Shown here piece by piece: positions 40,455 through 53,983 of a stretch of DNA of 64,000 bases. Both the position numbers and the translations under genes were made by a program. The notes under the pieces were generated by a model. That model worked only from the letters and a program-made list of their open reading frames with translations, had not been told where the DNA came from and ran no database searches. Positions within the stretch are counted from its first letter, which is position 1, and every line of letters starts with the position of its first letter. Source of the stretch: Adineta vaga (taxonomy: Eukaryota; Animalia; Rotifera); NCBI GenBank assembly GCA_021613535.1, contig CP075495.1:3224001-3288000 (forward strand), given 5' to 3'.

Positions 40455-41613
40455 TTAATTTTGACTACTTGTTTCTTCAAATTGAAAGTCTAACGGAATT
40501 GTTTCAACATTGAAGGATGAATTGAGTATAGTCTCTTGAGAATGTATTTGTTCATCATTACTCTTATTTATTGAGTAAGACATTGATTGTTCATTCATTA
40601 AAATTAAACTGTTCGATGATAATAGTCGATAGGATTCTGTTAAATTTACTGAACGATATGGATCACCATCAGTAGTCCATTCTTCAAACATGTACATTCT
40701 TGCACGTGCAATATCATTCAACATGATTTCATCAATTCGATATGTCGCCATTGTAATATGTAGTGCAGAAGAAAGTAAATTTGTTGGAATAAATTGAAAA
40801 ATACTCAAAATACGATCAATAACTTCACCATATTCTCGACCTTTATCGATTTGATAGAGTATACGTAAACGATGAAGCCATAATTCAAGGTTAGTTGTTG
40901 TAAATGGCATACGTCTATCATGTTCATCATAAAAATGAGGTAGACGAGTTTTATCAAGAAAGAGAATATATCGAGAAGAATTAGTCGTTTTTTCTGATGA
41001 TTTTAAATAAGTTGAAGTCGATTTAGTCATAGAACGACGAATATTCGTTGTTGATCGATGAGATGAATAAATTCGATTTGTATGAATTGTTGGTTCATCA
41101 TTCGGATGTCGCGATGAATCGAGAGCTAAATCACTGGTATGAAAATTCTTCGATTTTAATGATCGCTAGAAGACAATTTCATATGAATTTTAGAAACAGA
41201 AAAACTTTTCGTCTAAAAATTACTTGTTCAAGTTTTTCTTCTGTTGGAAGTAAAACAAATTGAAAATTGACAAGTTGTTTCATTAAAAGATCTTTACATG
41301 GTTGTTTTAAATGTTCAATCATATATTCATCTGCTAGAAGAAGAAGATCTTCAAGATTATCATTCGTAATTTCTCCATGAAATTGTGGATAAATATATTT
41401 CAATAATTCTAATATACTTTCACTTGTTTTATTTTGTAAAACGATTTCTTGTGCGTTATGCTCTTGAAATTCTCCATCAAACATTCGAGTAAAAACAGGA
41501 GAAACTAATGATAATAATAATCGATGACAATAAAATCGTTCATTATCAACAATTAAAACAATGTCCGATTTTGTATTCGATGAATCAGTAAAATAATCGA
41601 ATGGTGATACCAT
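40455..41613 (-). CDS. BTB/POZ-domain protein, intron 41166-41223
   Basis: SDIVLIVDNERFYCHRLLLSLVSPVFTRMF..ELLKYIYP..LADEY is a typical BTB domain. Confidence 0.9.
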
Positions 41614-42669
41614 GATGAAATCTTCCTTTTGGTAGAAATCAAATATAATATAATTGCTTCAATTTCTTTCTTTTCCTTTTTACTATCGAAGATTGCTGTA
41701 CATTGCCACACTCATATGTTTCGGTTTTCTTCGTCGTGTGTGAGAATAATTCAAGTAGACAGAAGAAGGAGAAGAAGGAGAAGAAGAAAAAAAGAACGAT
41801 TTTGACGAGAAGAACTTCTATTTTATGGTATAGGAGTTAGAAAAGAAAATAGGTGAAGAACAAGAAGAAAAAGAGTACAGTAGATAAAAAAGAAAAAAAG
41901 TCGACAATGTAAGTCAATTATTGAACTTTTACTGATCAATTCAAAGGTACAGAAATGAACATTTTTTTCTTATTTGAAGTACTCTTAAAGATTTGATATA
42001 CGGCATAATTCGACACATAATAGTAGATAAGATTGACAGATAGAATAGATTAATTTATCACCTGTAGGCATTCCGTTTTTGTCGAACCCTAGAAACAATA
42101 CTTTTCTTAATGAAATACTTTCATTTCTAAACCATGTTTTTCAACATAGAAATAAATCAAATAAAATTCAACTGTATCGATTAATTCGATCAACAATCAA
42201 AGAAACGAACTAGCGCTTCACCGCTTCTCATCTTAACAAAAATGTGACATATGGTATATGTTTTTTTTCATTGAAGATCTTTCATTTTCAAAACATATGA
42301 TCAATATTACAAAATTGAGAAAACTCATTATTTCAATAAAGATCAACCAATGAAATAATAGTTGATCTGTAATCATCATATTTCTACAAAATCAATGTGA
42401 CATATCAATGCATTTTTCTTAAATTTATTTATTCAATCCTTTTGACATTAAAATCTTTTCAACATTAAAATTATTTTTTTTTTGTTTTGAAATAAGAATT
42501 ATAATCGTAATGTGCATGGCATGCATATGGATAATATAAACGCAAAAAAGAGAGAGCAATGAACGCAAAAAGAAGAAGAAGAAGAAGACATTCAAGGAGA
42601 CTGCAAAAAACAACAATCACGCAAAATTTGTTCATTATTTCTATACATTGATGTGTTTTGTTTTTGTTC

Positions 42670-45600
42670 TTAATTTTTAAACATATCAGAAAGTAATTTT
42701 GACATGGATATATTTCCGATTGTACGTGTAAAATATGTTTTTTCAATTAATAACGATGGAATACTTCGTAATAATGGTAATGTTAAAAGTAATCGACCAA
42801 AACTATGAAAGAAAAAACAAATCGTCATGAAAAGAAAGAAAAACAAACAGAGAAATTTGCTTTACCGAGTTGGTTGTGTTGGATTATGAATTTGTGTAAA
42901 TTGTGCCAAGGTAATTTGTGCTTGATCTTGTAAATTTTCTACCATTTTTGTTTCTCGTAATGATCGAATATCTATAAAGACATAAAAAAGAGTTCGAGAT
43001 GATATTTTCAATACGTTTGTTTTTTTACCGAAACGAAAAAGAACAATTGCTTTTAAACATGCAAATTCAATTGGATCAAGTTTCAATTGTTTAAAACGAT
43101 ATAAAATATCATTTAATAAACGATGAAGTGATTTCCCATTTTCATTTTCTAATTGATATCGATTGAGTGCAGTTGTAAAAAGAGGTCCACCATTATCTAA
43201 TGATGTTGAACATTGAATTGCCCAAAGAAGAAATAATTCAGACCAAGATTCTTCCAATAAAATCAACTGAAAAAAAAAGATTAGGAATTTGTTCGACAGA
43301 TGGAAGAGAGAGAGAAGAAAAAAAGTAATTTCACAATTATGTTTTCATCTTGAAGATTAATAATATGATACTTCTAAATCTCTTCTACTTGACAATTTGT
43401 TCTTTTTCTTTCGTTTAGTTCATATTTTATTCGCACTCATCTGTTGATTGAATGTGAATTTATTTATTTTTTGATCCTTCTTTCATCATTTGATTATTTG
43501 AATAGAGAATGAGAAAGATGTATCAAGTTCATCAAAAGATGTTCATGTTTTCAAAATGACATGATATTTCAGGATTAGAATATGTCAATAGAAGAAAAAG
43601 ACTATATATATAGAGATAGATTATTTGAACTTGTTTCTTTTGATTGAGAAAAAAGATACATACCTGATCACGAAAAGGTAAACTTGAAAATGTTGGCAAA
43701 TTACGAATCCATTTAACAATCATCAAAAGTATTTGAGCTGATGTCGCGGATATTTGATCATCTGTTTCATTTGAAAATATTTGAGATGTAGATAAATCAC
43801 ATTCATCTATCAAATAAAGAAGACATATCGAATGAAAAGTGTTTGTTTTTCTTTTTTCTTATACCATCTTGTTTAATTGATGATGAACTACCTTCACCCG
43901 GTGATGAAGCTGAATTAGAATTTGCTGGACGATGATGCATAACGGATACTGTTGTACCATTACCATCACAATTGAAATCAATTGAATCTGCACGTACTTG
44001 AGCACTATTACGTGGTTGACGTTCATTTTGTACAGCTTAAATGTCAGATATTGTTACATTTTCTTTCAAAGTTAATATCTTTTTACACACTTACCTTCTT
44101 TTATCATCCCCATTTGTAGACACTAAGAAAATAAATACAAATGATTATATCATAACATCTCATAGATTTCTATTTACCTTTTTAAGTCGACAAGCTTGAC
44201 ATTGATTACGATGTGCTTTATCAACAGTACACATCCCTGTATTCGCTTGACATCTAAGAAGAAGACGACAAAACATACATACATACATAAATGCGTAACT
44301 AAATCATTTCTTTTTTCTTGATCCGAAGAAAAAAAAATCATACCGATAGATTAATTTTCGTCGAACACTTCGTTTGAAAAAGCCACTACAACCGTTACAT
44401 GCTAATATACCATAATGTTTGCCACTTGAAATATCTCCACAAACTGCACAAATTAAATTATTTCCAATATTATGATTTGTCGAAATTGCATTGCTATTCA
44501 TCATGCCAGCAGCAGCCGCAGCTGCTGCAGCAAGTTTAGCTGCTTGTTGATTACGTTGTTGTTCAGCAACGACAGCGGCTGCGGCTGCTTCCGTATATTT
44601 AGCCATATTAGCAAAATAAGCATGAGGAGAGATAGGATATGGTTGAACAACAGCATATCGATGATTTGTAAATGAATGAGGTCGAACCATTTTTGATGTT
44701 GAAGTTGAGGAGGAAGAAGACGATGGTAAACACATCGAAAGAATTCCAAATGGATTTTCAGCATTTGTAGCTGTTTTAGGTGGTATCAATGAATTATAAT
44801 AATTTAAAAGAGGTTCTTCTTTTGGTTGAACAAGTTGTCCTTGTTCATCATTATTACTTTCAATGCTACTTTGACTACTATTTTCATCATCATCATTAAT
44901 CGTTGGACTTGTTTCAATTGGTGATGTACAATCTAATCAAAGAATAAATATATCTAAATCAAATTCAGTAGATTTCTTCTTCTTCTTCTTCTTTCCTAGA
45001 TTAAGTTTTGCCGCTCACACATCTCTTCTTTCGTATTCATCCTTATGCGAACAACAACACTACTCCAAATGACGATGTGTATGTGATTAATTTTATCTAG
45101 AGTGTATGTCCTGCTTCTCTATTGCTTGACAAGTTTAACGATGTTAATTTAGCCAGAGTGAACACATACTCAGCATGATGTCTTCAAATCATTGATCACT
45201 TGTGCGAAGGGAAAAAAAAGAAAAAAAGAAGAGATCGATGTGATGTGCGTCTAATTTGTTCTACTTCGTCGCTGCATGATTATCAACTATTTCTTCTTTT
45301 CATATGAAATATTCGATCGAGCAAAAAGAAGAAAAGTTTTATAGACTTAATTGGATAACGTGCTGTCGTTGTGTCGTCAACTTCCAATTCTCAATTTCTC
45401 GAAAGAAATCTATTGAATTATCATCGTGCAAATAACAATTGAACAGGGAAAGTCTAATCGAAAAAAAGGAACATGTCAGAAACAATAGTATGACAAGTGA
45501 ATGTCTCAAGATAATCATTGGACATGAAGACGATTTACGCTTGACAAGATTTCGTCGCCACGCACATCTATATCAATATACAAACAGAGAAGGAAAAAAA

Positions 45601-45741
45601 GAAAGTTTCAACTGATTATGAAATACATTCGAATGCAACGAGATATTTTAACTTTAATTGAGGAAAAATAAAATAAAATATCTACATACCATTATTATGA
45701 TTTAATGATTTTGTCTTCAGATTCTTTTCATGAATATCCAT
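42670..45741 (-). CDS. NR2E3: Photoreceptor-specific nuclear receptor (NR2E3/PNR-like)
   Basis: [51 protein letters not shown] with P-box NGCSG; AVQNERQPR; [48 protein letters not shown]. Exon 1 (45690-45741) is inferred. Confidence 0.93.
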
Positions 45742-48129
45742 ATTCGTTGTAAAGCAAAAGACAGTGATCGAAGTTTTTTTTTCTTCTTCTTCTTTTTCTT
45801 TTTGCAAACCGAAAAGAAACAAACGAACGAACGTCAAGTATTTGAGGTGTAAATCAAGCGCGAGGCGTCGAGATCGAATGAAAGAGCACTACCAACCATC
45901 ATCATCGATCAACTTAATTTCGAGTGGTTGGAAAGAGAGAGAGAGAGAAAAAGAGCAAAAGAAAATCTTTCATTGGTTCATGTCAATTGAAAAGTTGAGA
46001 AAAAGAAGAAATCTCTATTTTTTTTCTTTCTCTTCTCTTTCTTTTCGACGAATCAGTTTTGTCAATTTCTTCTTCGTCTCTCTTCTGACATGTCAGAGAG
46101 CGGTATGGCACATATATACGAGACGTTAACAACAAGAAAGAAGCGAAGAAAAAAAGACGAAGAAGAGATTTACTGCCAATGTATTGACTAACAATGTTGA
46201 AATTGGGGATTAATAAAGAGGAACTATCGGATATGAAACATTTTCTTCTTCTCTTCAAACTATCAAATCAGACAGATAGAATGGAAGAAAGAGAAATAGA
46301 GAAGCAGAAGAAAAGATTCTTGACATATTTGTCTAACGAAAGTAAAAAAGACAACAGGAATAAATTGTTAGATTAACTATCGTACGAAGAAGGAAATAGA
46401 AAATTCTCATTCAATTTGAATATGTAGATCAGGAGATTGGTGAGAGAATCTTTGTATATAGATCTATTTACTTATCGTCTTTTAAATAACAGAGAAAACA
46501 ACATCTTTATCGTTGTTTTTATTGACAGATGTATTGCCAACAAAAACGAATGTCATTCTCTTTCTTGATCAAATTGAATGAAAAGAAACGAATACGTGTT
46601 AGAGGCTTATCATTTCAATTTATTTCAACAATATATTCCATCCTTCCTAGTAGTAAACCTAACATACATGGCGAGAGATTTTTTAAATCGTTGAATAAAT
46701 AGAAAATGAATTTGATCATCATCAACAAGTAGAATGAATCTATCGAAGGTATAATTGATGTGACACGTGTGAATTAAACCAAGCGAATAATGACTTTTTT
46801 TGGGTCATAGACAGACACAAAGAGGAAAAGAAAGTTATCTTTGAGCAAAAAATTCTGTGACAGATGAATCGATTAGGTTTCGCGTGTTCTTTGTTTTCTA
46901 CATATATATGTATGTGTTTTACACTTGAAATTTACCGTTTTTTTCTTCTTCTTCATCTTCATCTTGGTCTTTTTCTTTAACAATCTCTTTTTGTTTAATG
47001 AGACACGCAGCAAGTTTCAGGTATGCGTTGTAAACGTCAATCAGAATGTCGTCGGTCTGCCAACAACAAGTGGATTTGTTCTAACTTTGACGCGATTTGT
47101 CACACGCACATTTCTTCAACGTCATGCACGCTTTCGGAATGTCTCATTAGAGTTAAACATTTTGTAATCTTTCTAATAAAATGAATCATTTCATACAGAA
47201 TCAGTTGAAGAAATAGAATATATGATCAATAGTGACTAATGCAAGATTAATTTATTTCAACTAAACAATCGTTACGAATCAAAAAAATCATTATAAAGAA
47301 TTTCACTTTTACTTTTTGTTCATCAGTCAATTTTAGTTTGTCAGAAATCTAAAATATAACTTAATTTGTAATCGACAATCATATTGAAAATTGATTAAAA
47401 ATGATAATTGTTGACAACTGAATGACCCTCTTGAAAAACAGACAATTGATGGATGACTGAAAAAAAAGAGCAAGTCTATAACAGTGAACATGAACATATT
47501 CATAGAATAAAATTCGTACTGTATTGGAAAACAAGTTTAACAACTAGTTTAGTACTCTTCGTTTATTGAATTATTTTTAACGTTATTCATCATACAGCTG
47601 GTTTATTTTCACAGACATCTCTGTCAATTAAATAGAGAAAGAACCGTTGATAATTAAGACGTATCTATTCATTCATTTTAAAGAGAGAGAGAAAAAAAAA
47701 TGTATAGTCTGTTTCATTTGTATCACGACAAAAAAAAGTGATAGCTCGTGTTCGAACAATAGTGTACTCAATTCGATAAATACATCGAAAGACGTGAGAA
47801 ATACTAGATTTCTTAATGAATAATTCAATTGTAAAACTATATTTACGAAAACAAGGAGAATATATTAGTAATAATCAGTTTGAATTTAAAATAACTCAAT
47901 AACCAATAGAATTTGAAATAAAAAACAACTAATTGTACCAGAATATAGTATATCGATGATGATGTATGTGATACGAAGAAAAAAAGAAGCGGGAAAAATT
48001 AGCTGTTAAAGAATGAACAAATCTAAGGATGTAAGTGTTGGAATTCATATTCTTTGTTTTAAAGTATTTCGATTGGACGATTTCTAGCAATCTATTCAAC
48101 ACTTCAATATTGACGATGATCAAAATGCA

Positions 48130-48970
48130 ATGGCTGATTTTGTTACTGAATTTACTAGTAGATTAGAATAAATAAAGTACTATAGAACTTTCTTGGACAA
48201 AGTTTTATTTTATTCTAGCATATGAAGCTTTTCTTGATAGTCAAATATCGGAAAATGATCAAAATTATTTACAAGTTAAAATTAATTTAAAATCTTAGAG
48301 AACTAATTTCGTTTGTTTAGGATAGTGATATTGCACGAGAATTTGTTGAATTAGGCTATCGTGGTGTTGGCCATGGTATATCTCGAAAAGATTTTCAAGA
48401 TCGTAAACATCGTGCTGAATTAATTCTTCATTCACGTCGACAAGGTCCAATACTAATTCTTAGTGATACTTTAACTATCGTTAATACATTAGCAAAAGAA
48501 CTTGCTGCACGTGAAGAAGCAAATCGTACAACTCGTTTATTAACAATTATTTTCATACGTGATAGAAATCATCTTGGTCAGGAAATATCCGCATATATTG
48601 ATTATGCACATCGATTAAAACTTGAAGATTTTACATCATTTTTCATTGGAAAAAATAAACTTCTACCATTAATAACAGACTTAAGTTTTTATAATTGGAA
48701 TACACATATGTGTGTTTCGAATGATACGAATAATTTTCATCCCTTATCAGATGTTAATGGTATTCGATTTCGATGTGAACATGATAGAAAAATAGTTTAT
48801 GTTGATCCAGAATTGAAGCATTATGGTGATGGAACGACAAGAACAATGATTGATACAAATGAATATTTACAAGTAATTCTCTATGTAAATATGAAATCAA
48901 CTCTTTCAATTGATTAAAATTCTTCTTTCCTATTCTACAGGATCACTATTTACGTCGAAAGAAATTTTAA
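48130..48970 (+). CDS. CFAP299: Cilia- and flagella-associated protein 299 (C4orf22), 4 exons
   Basis: YEAFLDSQI..ELGYRG..LAAREEANR..IFIRDRN..QEISAYIDYAHRLK..DLSFYNW..DHYLRRK. Confidence 0.93.
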
Positions 48971-49306
48971 CAATTACGAAAATTTATTCCTATTTTTTCT
49001 TCGATCACATGTTAATGATGTAATCAGTTGATCGTATATATTTTCTTCATATATCTGGTTTAAACAACCGGTTAGACTCACACAGTAATCATACAAAGAA
49101 CACGTACAAATACACATTAATATCGAAAAACAAGAAGAAAAAAAGAAAGAGGACAAATACAATTGTTGATACCGATCGAGTACGAAAAAAGCCAACACAA
49201 GATCAAAATGTTGTTTTGTGTTTGTGTACTTAGAAATTGAATAGTTTCATATACAACATAAAAGAAAACAATAACAACAACTTAGACGTTCACAATTATA
49301 TAAATA

Positions 49307-50247
49307 TTATTCGGATTGTTTTTTTTGTTTGCTTTCGGCACGATATGCATCAAGTTCGGCATCAAGATCTTCAGCAGATACTTCTTCTTTTTTTCCACCC
49401 GTACCATTTTGTTGTTGACGACGACCACCACCACCGCGTCCTCCATTACCTCGAGTACCATTTTGTTGGTTGCTATTACGATTACCAAATCGTTGATTTC
49501 TGCCACCGGCCGCTGCCACCACCATTAGCTGATGAGAAACGAGTGGGTTGTGCATTAGATCCATCATCAGTACTACCTACTAATCTAATATCCATTGGAC
49601 GACCTAAAGATAATAGATAGATTTCATTTTAGAATGATTTTCATTTCAGAAATTTACCATCAAGATTAAGACTATTATATTTCTTTTGAGCAGTACTTGC
49701 ATCAGCACGACGTTCAAATACAACTTCAGCAGTGCCTAAAGATCGACCACTTTCATCATAATGAACACGTGCTACACGGACAGCGCCAACATCTTCAAAT
49801 AATTCCTAAGAAATAATATCAAGAAATACAATTATATTCTATATAAAATCAAAGTAATTCTTACTTGAATATCATTTGTAGTTACATTGTAATCAAGATT
49901 AGAGATGAGTAATTTAGTTGTGCTATTTACACCAGTATTTCGTTGTCCGCCACGATTTTGATTTGAACTATCTCCATAAAGGTCATGTTTCCAACGACCT
50001 CCTGCTGGTGCATTCGATGTACGAGGCTAAATACACGTACAAATAATCAATAAAAAGTAAAAAATGATCAAATCGAACTTACTATTCCACCACCACCGCG
50101 TGCTTGAAATCCATTATTACCTCCACGACCAGAACGTCCACGAAATCCTCGATTGCCACCTGGACCACCGCGGCCACGTCGATTTGATGTACGATCTAAT
50201 CGAATGATATCGTCAAGACCAAGACTAACTTTATCCGAAGAAGCCAT
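49307..50247 (-). CDS. ALYREF: mRNA export adaptor ALYREF/THOC4, 4 exons (apparent frameshift near 49508)
   Basis: N-terminal [10 protein letters not shown] region, WKHDLY, RRM ([23 protein letters not shown]) and C-terminal [12 protein letters not shown]. Confidence 0.96.
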
Positions 50248-51349
50248 TTTACTATATTGCTGTTGTTGTACGTGTTAATATCGTAATGAAAAATGGCGTT
50301 AATCTAAAAACTTCATGGGTGTTTTTTTGCATGGTTTTATTTCGCTGTTGATATCAATTTATATTTATTAAATATGTAAACTGGATTAAATTCACAAATT
50401 TAATAAGAAGAAATCAGTTTAAATTATTTCCTTTTTTTTGCCAATGGGAAGATACACTCGGTCTGAACAAATATTCGCCATATTTTTTCGAATCAATAAG
50501 CGAATAAAACATATGCAATACTAGTGATATTGGATAACTTATTTCCTAAATTTTCATACTTGTTATATTAAATGAGAACAACTCGAAATAATAAATATCA
50601 ATTTAATAAAAGACGTATTGGGAAAAAAACATTCGCATCGTATGGATTGAAAGTAAATGTTTGCCTATCATATCGTGAAAAACAAAGAAAAAATATGTAT
50701 GTATATGTACGCGATCGGAATGATAGTTTGTTAACCATAGTGAAAAAAGAAGTAGATGGACCTCCACAATTTGATTTTCAGTATATTAACATCTATGAAA
50801 GAAACAAAAGAAAAGAAAAACTAGTTTCATTAAATGCATTCGAGAATTTTAAACAAATAATTTCAATATTATCACAATGAAATATTTTATTCAATGAACA
50901 TTTCTCTCTGTGCACCTATATAAACGCAGAGATGACACGCTTTCTTTTTGCACAACTGCGTTCAATTTATGCATTTATTCGTTTACGCTATAGTGGCACA
51001 ATCTTGCTTTTCTATTGGTACATTAGCTAGTAGGTGAAAACCAATAAGAATTGTTTCGCATAATTTTTTTCTCCAATGAACTAAGTTCTCATCTTAAATA
51101 TATGAATACATGATGATGTCAATGAGATATTTATGGAAATGACTCTCAATATAATTCTAAATTATCAATAAATTCTTTTATTTTTATGTTTATTTTATGA
51201 AAATATATAAATAAGAGAAAACGAACTTATTTGATCATTTATCTATTTCAATTCTCTAGTTAATAGAAAGGCTAATATTATTTATATAGAACGAGATAAT
51301 AGTTCAGCATTATTTTGATCTTTTAGTTCTAGATAGTAAAAGAAAAGCA

Positions 51350-52918
51350 ATGAATATCACTAATTATTTGCAATATACTAAATCTCAATTGGTAAGATGA
51401 AAACAATTCTATTTCGATATGTGTATATAAATAGAAATAAAAACTTACTTTTGCATTACATATTAATTGATATGATTGAAAGAATTGTTGGATTTATTTT
51501 CTTTTTTTATAAATCAGGCTAATTTGATGCAATTTCGATTGATTCGTGTTGTTTTGGGTAACGAAGCTTGTGATCTGGATTCGACTATTAGTGCATGTAT
51601 TTATGCATACTTTTTACATAGTGTACGCAAATTTTAAAGGAAAAAAAAGTATTCAATTCAAATTTCTACATTTTCTTAGACTTGTGAAACTCCTGATGAA
51701 ATTCTTCATTTACCTATTTTAAATACTCATGCATCAATCTTTCGTCTACGTCATGAAATTCTTTGGTTTCTAAAAGAAAATCCATCGAATCTAATTTTTA
51801 TTGATGATATTAATCTTGATGAATTATTTGAGAAAGATAAACTTGAAATTATTCTTGTTGATCATCATGTATTACGTTCAAAATTAAATAAAAAAGTCAT
51901 TGAAATTATTGATCATCATCAAATTAAAGAAAATTCTATTTTATTAAAAGAGTAAGAACGATAGATAAGTCTTCTATTTTTCATTTCGTATTCTATGATG
52001 TTCTAGTTCATCAAAGATAAAAATTGAACCTGTTGGATGTGTTGTACATTAGTCAGTGAGAAAATTCTTTCGTCAAACAATTTTCAGATGAAAAATGAAA
52101 TTGCTTATTTGCTAACTGGTAAGCGAATAGAAAAGAGGAGAAAGAAAACAACAAAGATAAGAAGAAAAAACATAAAATTTTTATCTTTGATTCATTACTT
52201 AAGGTCCTATTTTATTCGACACTCTCAATTTCTCACCAAACGCTGGTAAAACTACTTTGAAAGATAAGCAAGTCTACGAACAACTTCTAGCGCATCGTAC
52301 TTCAATAATTGACGATTCAGATCTATACAAAACTTTAAGAAAGTGTGCTGCTGATACTACGGGTAAATTGTAGATAAATTGCCAATATTTAAATACAAAA
52401 ATTCAGTCTTAATTAGGAATGTCGGTTCAAGATTTATTACAAAAAGATGTTAAACAAGTAGTTGGTCCTAATCTTCGCCTTGCTGTTTCTAGTCTCCCAT
52501 CAGACTACACAGTCGAAGTAGGAGAATATGTTTCAATCATATAACAAATTTCAATAATTGTTCTTTGTTCATTTCATTTTAGAAATTAATTGGACAATTA
52601 CATACGATGAATGATTTGGATGAATTTTTAACTAAGAATGATAATGCTGATGCTGTGATTATGCTGTCACTCGAAACGAATAGCAATCAACCTAAACGTC
52701 AATTAGGTTTTTATGCAAAAAAATTTGAAAATATGCTTCCAATCAATGAATATATACAACGTAGTGAACATAATCTTGATTTACGTGAACGTGGTATACC
52801 AATCAATCAAGCACGACTTAAATTATTCGAACAAAACAATGCAAAAGCATCTCGTAAAGAAATTCTTCCAGTAATTGAACAATTTGCAAAAGATTTTGTA
52901 CCACAAAATTCATCCTAA
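51350..52918 (+). CDS. PRUNE1: PRUNE-family DHH exopolyphosphatase (apparent 1-nt deletion near 52038)
   Basis: VVLGNEACDLDS, ILVDHH, IIDHH, EPVG(S)CCTLV, ILFDT, LLQKD.K and ASRKEILP motifs. Confidence 0.93.
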
Positions 52919-52955
52919 AACTTTATTTCGTATATTTTTTTTCTTCTCTTATTCT

Positions 52956-53770
52956 CTATTTGACTGAAAAGGAAGAATCAGTTTTTTCGTCATTATCATC
53001 ATCAATTGCCTTGATTTGTCCACTTTTAAATTGATCCGCTATTGATTTTGCATATGTTGCATTGAATAAATCACGCGCTAGAAATTGATCTTGTTTTATC
53101 TCGGTAACATCATAAGAAACATAGGGTTTTAACTAAAAAGAAATCATTTTTAAACGAGATAAAAATCTTCCAAGAATTTACTAAAATTTTACTTTGAAAT
53201 CTGTTAAATCTGGTACAACTAATTCGGGTACCATATCATCCACGTATACAAATTTGCCAGTTTGATGATCAAAATAACCAGACATTTGAACACCACGATC
53301 TAGAATTTTCAAGAAACTATGAATCATGATGATTCTTCAATATTCCGATGAGTAACTATTACAACTGCATGACTCTCTAAACCTCATCACCTTCAGTAGA
53401 TAGAAAGAAAAATCTGATGAATCATCAAATATAGAATTTACTTACGAGCCATATACATCGCATGCCAAAGTTTATGACCACCCGGTTTATGTTCACTAGC
53501 CATTTTAGTTGTTAATTGTAATCGACTAATAAAAATATAAATTCAGATCATATAAAAACTTAGGGAAATTTACCTCCAAACAGGTACTCGATCTCTATGT
53601 GGAAGTGGATTTGAACTATCATATTTTTGATATGGAAAATATTGATATGTTGGATGTTTGAGACGTCTTCGAAAATGAATTGCTGATAGAGCAAATGTAC
53701 GTTGAATATTTATCGTTGGAGAATTACTATTGAAAATACTTTTCAATAGTAAATCTTTTGATAGAAACAT
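52956..53770 (-). CDS. MRPL41: Mitochondrial ribosomal protein mL41, 4 exons
   Basis: LTTK..RGVQMSGY..GKFVYV..VPELVVPDLTDFKLKPYVSY..ARDLFNATY. Confidence 0.92.
53326..53427 (-). ncRNA. Candidate intronic snoRNA-like structured RNA, antisense to 28S rRNA helix 69
   Basis: The 146-nt intron has nested inverted repeats, two box-C-like TGATGA, one CTGA, and two 10-nt blocks complementary to GAGTAACTATGACTCTCT. Confidence 0.5.
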
Positions 53771-53983
53771 TTTGATGTTTTTTTCTCTTTCTCTTAAAAA
53801 AAGGCAAAAAAATCATTTGTTTTGTTTTATATAAAAGTTCTTCATCATCTTTTCTTAATTTAATAATAATAATAATAATCGACACGAAGAAAAGAAAATC
53901 ATATACAGTAAATAAAATAAATATAGAAAAGAAAAACACGTATGCAAAAAAAAAGAAGAAGAAGAGAGTGGATATATTTTGTT

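Noticed and set aside
45750-48100. Short ORFs and GA-rich tracts between NR2E3 and CFAP299
   Set aside because: Low-complexity sequence, consistent with UTR or regulatory DNA of a developmental transcription factor; no supportable element.
53325-53420. Plus-strand ATGATGA...CTGA looks like a canonical C/D snoRNA; the H69-like sequence also resembles an R2/I-PpoI rDNA target remnant
   Set aside because: It is antisense to the host gene, and the boxes arise from the inverted repeat. The match stops before TTAAGGTAGC, and there is no flanking rDNA or retroelement sequence.
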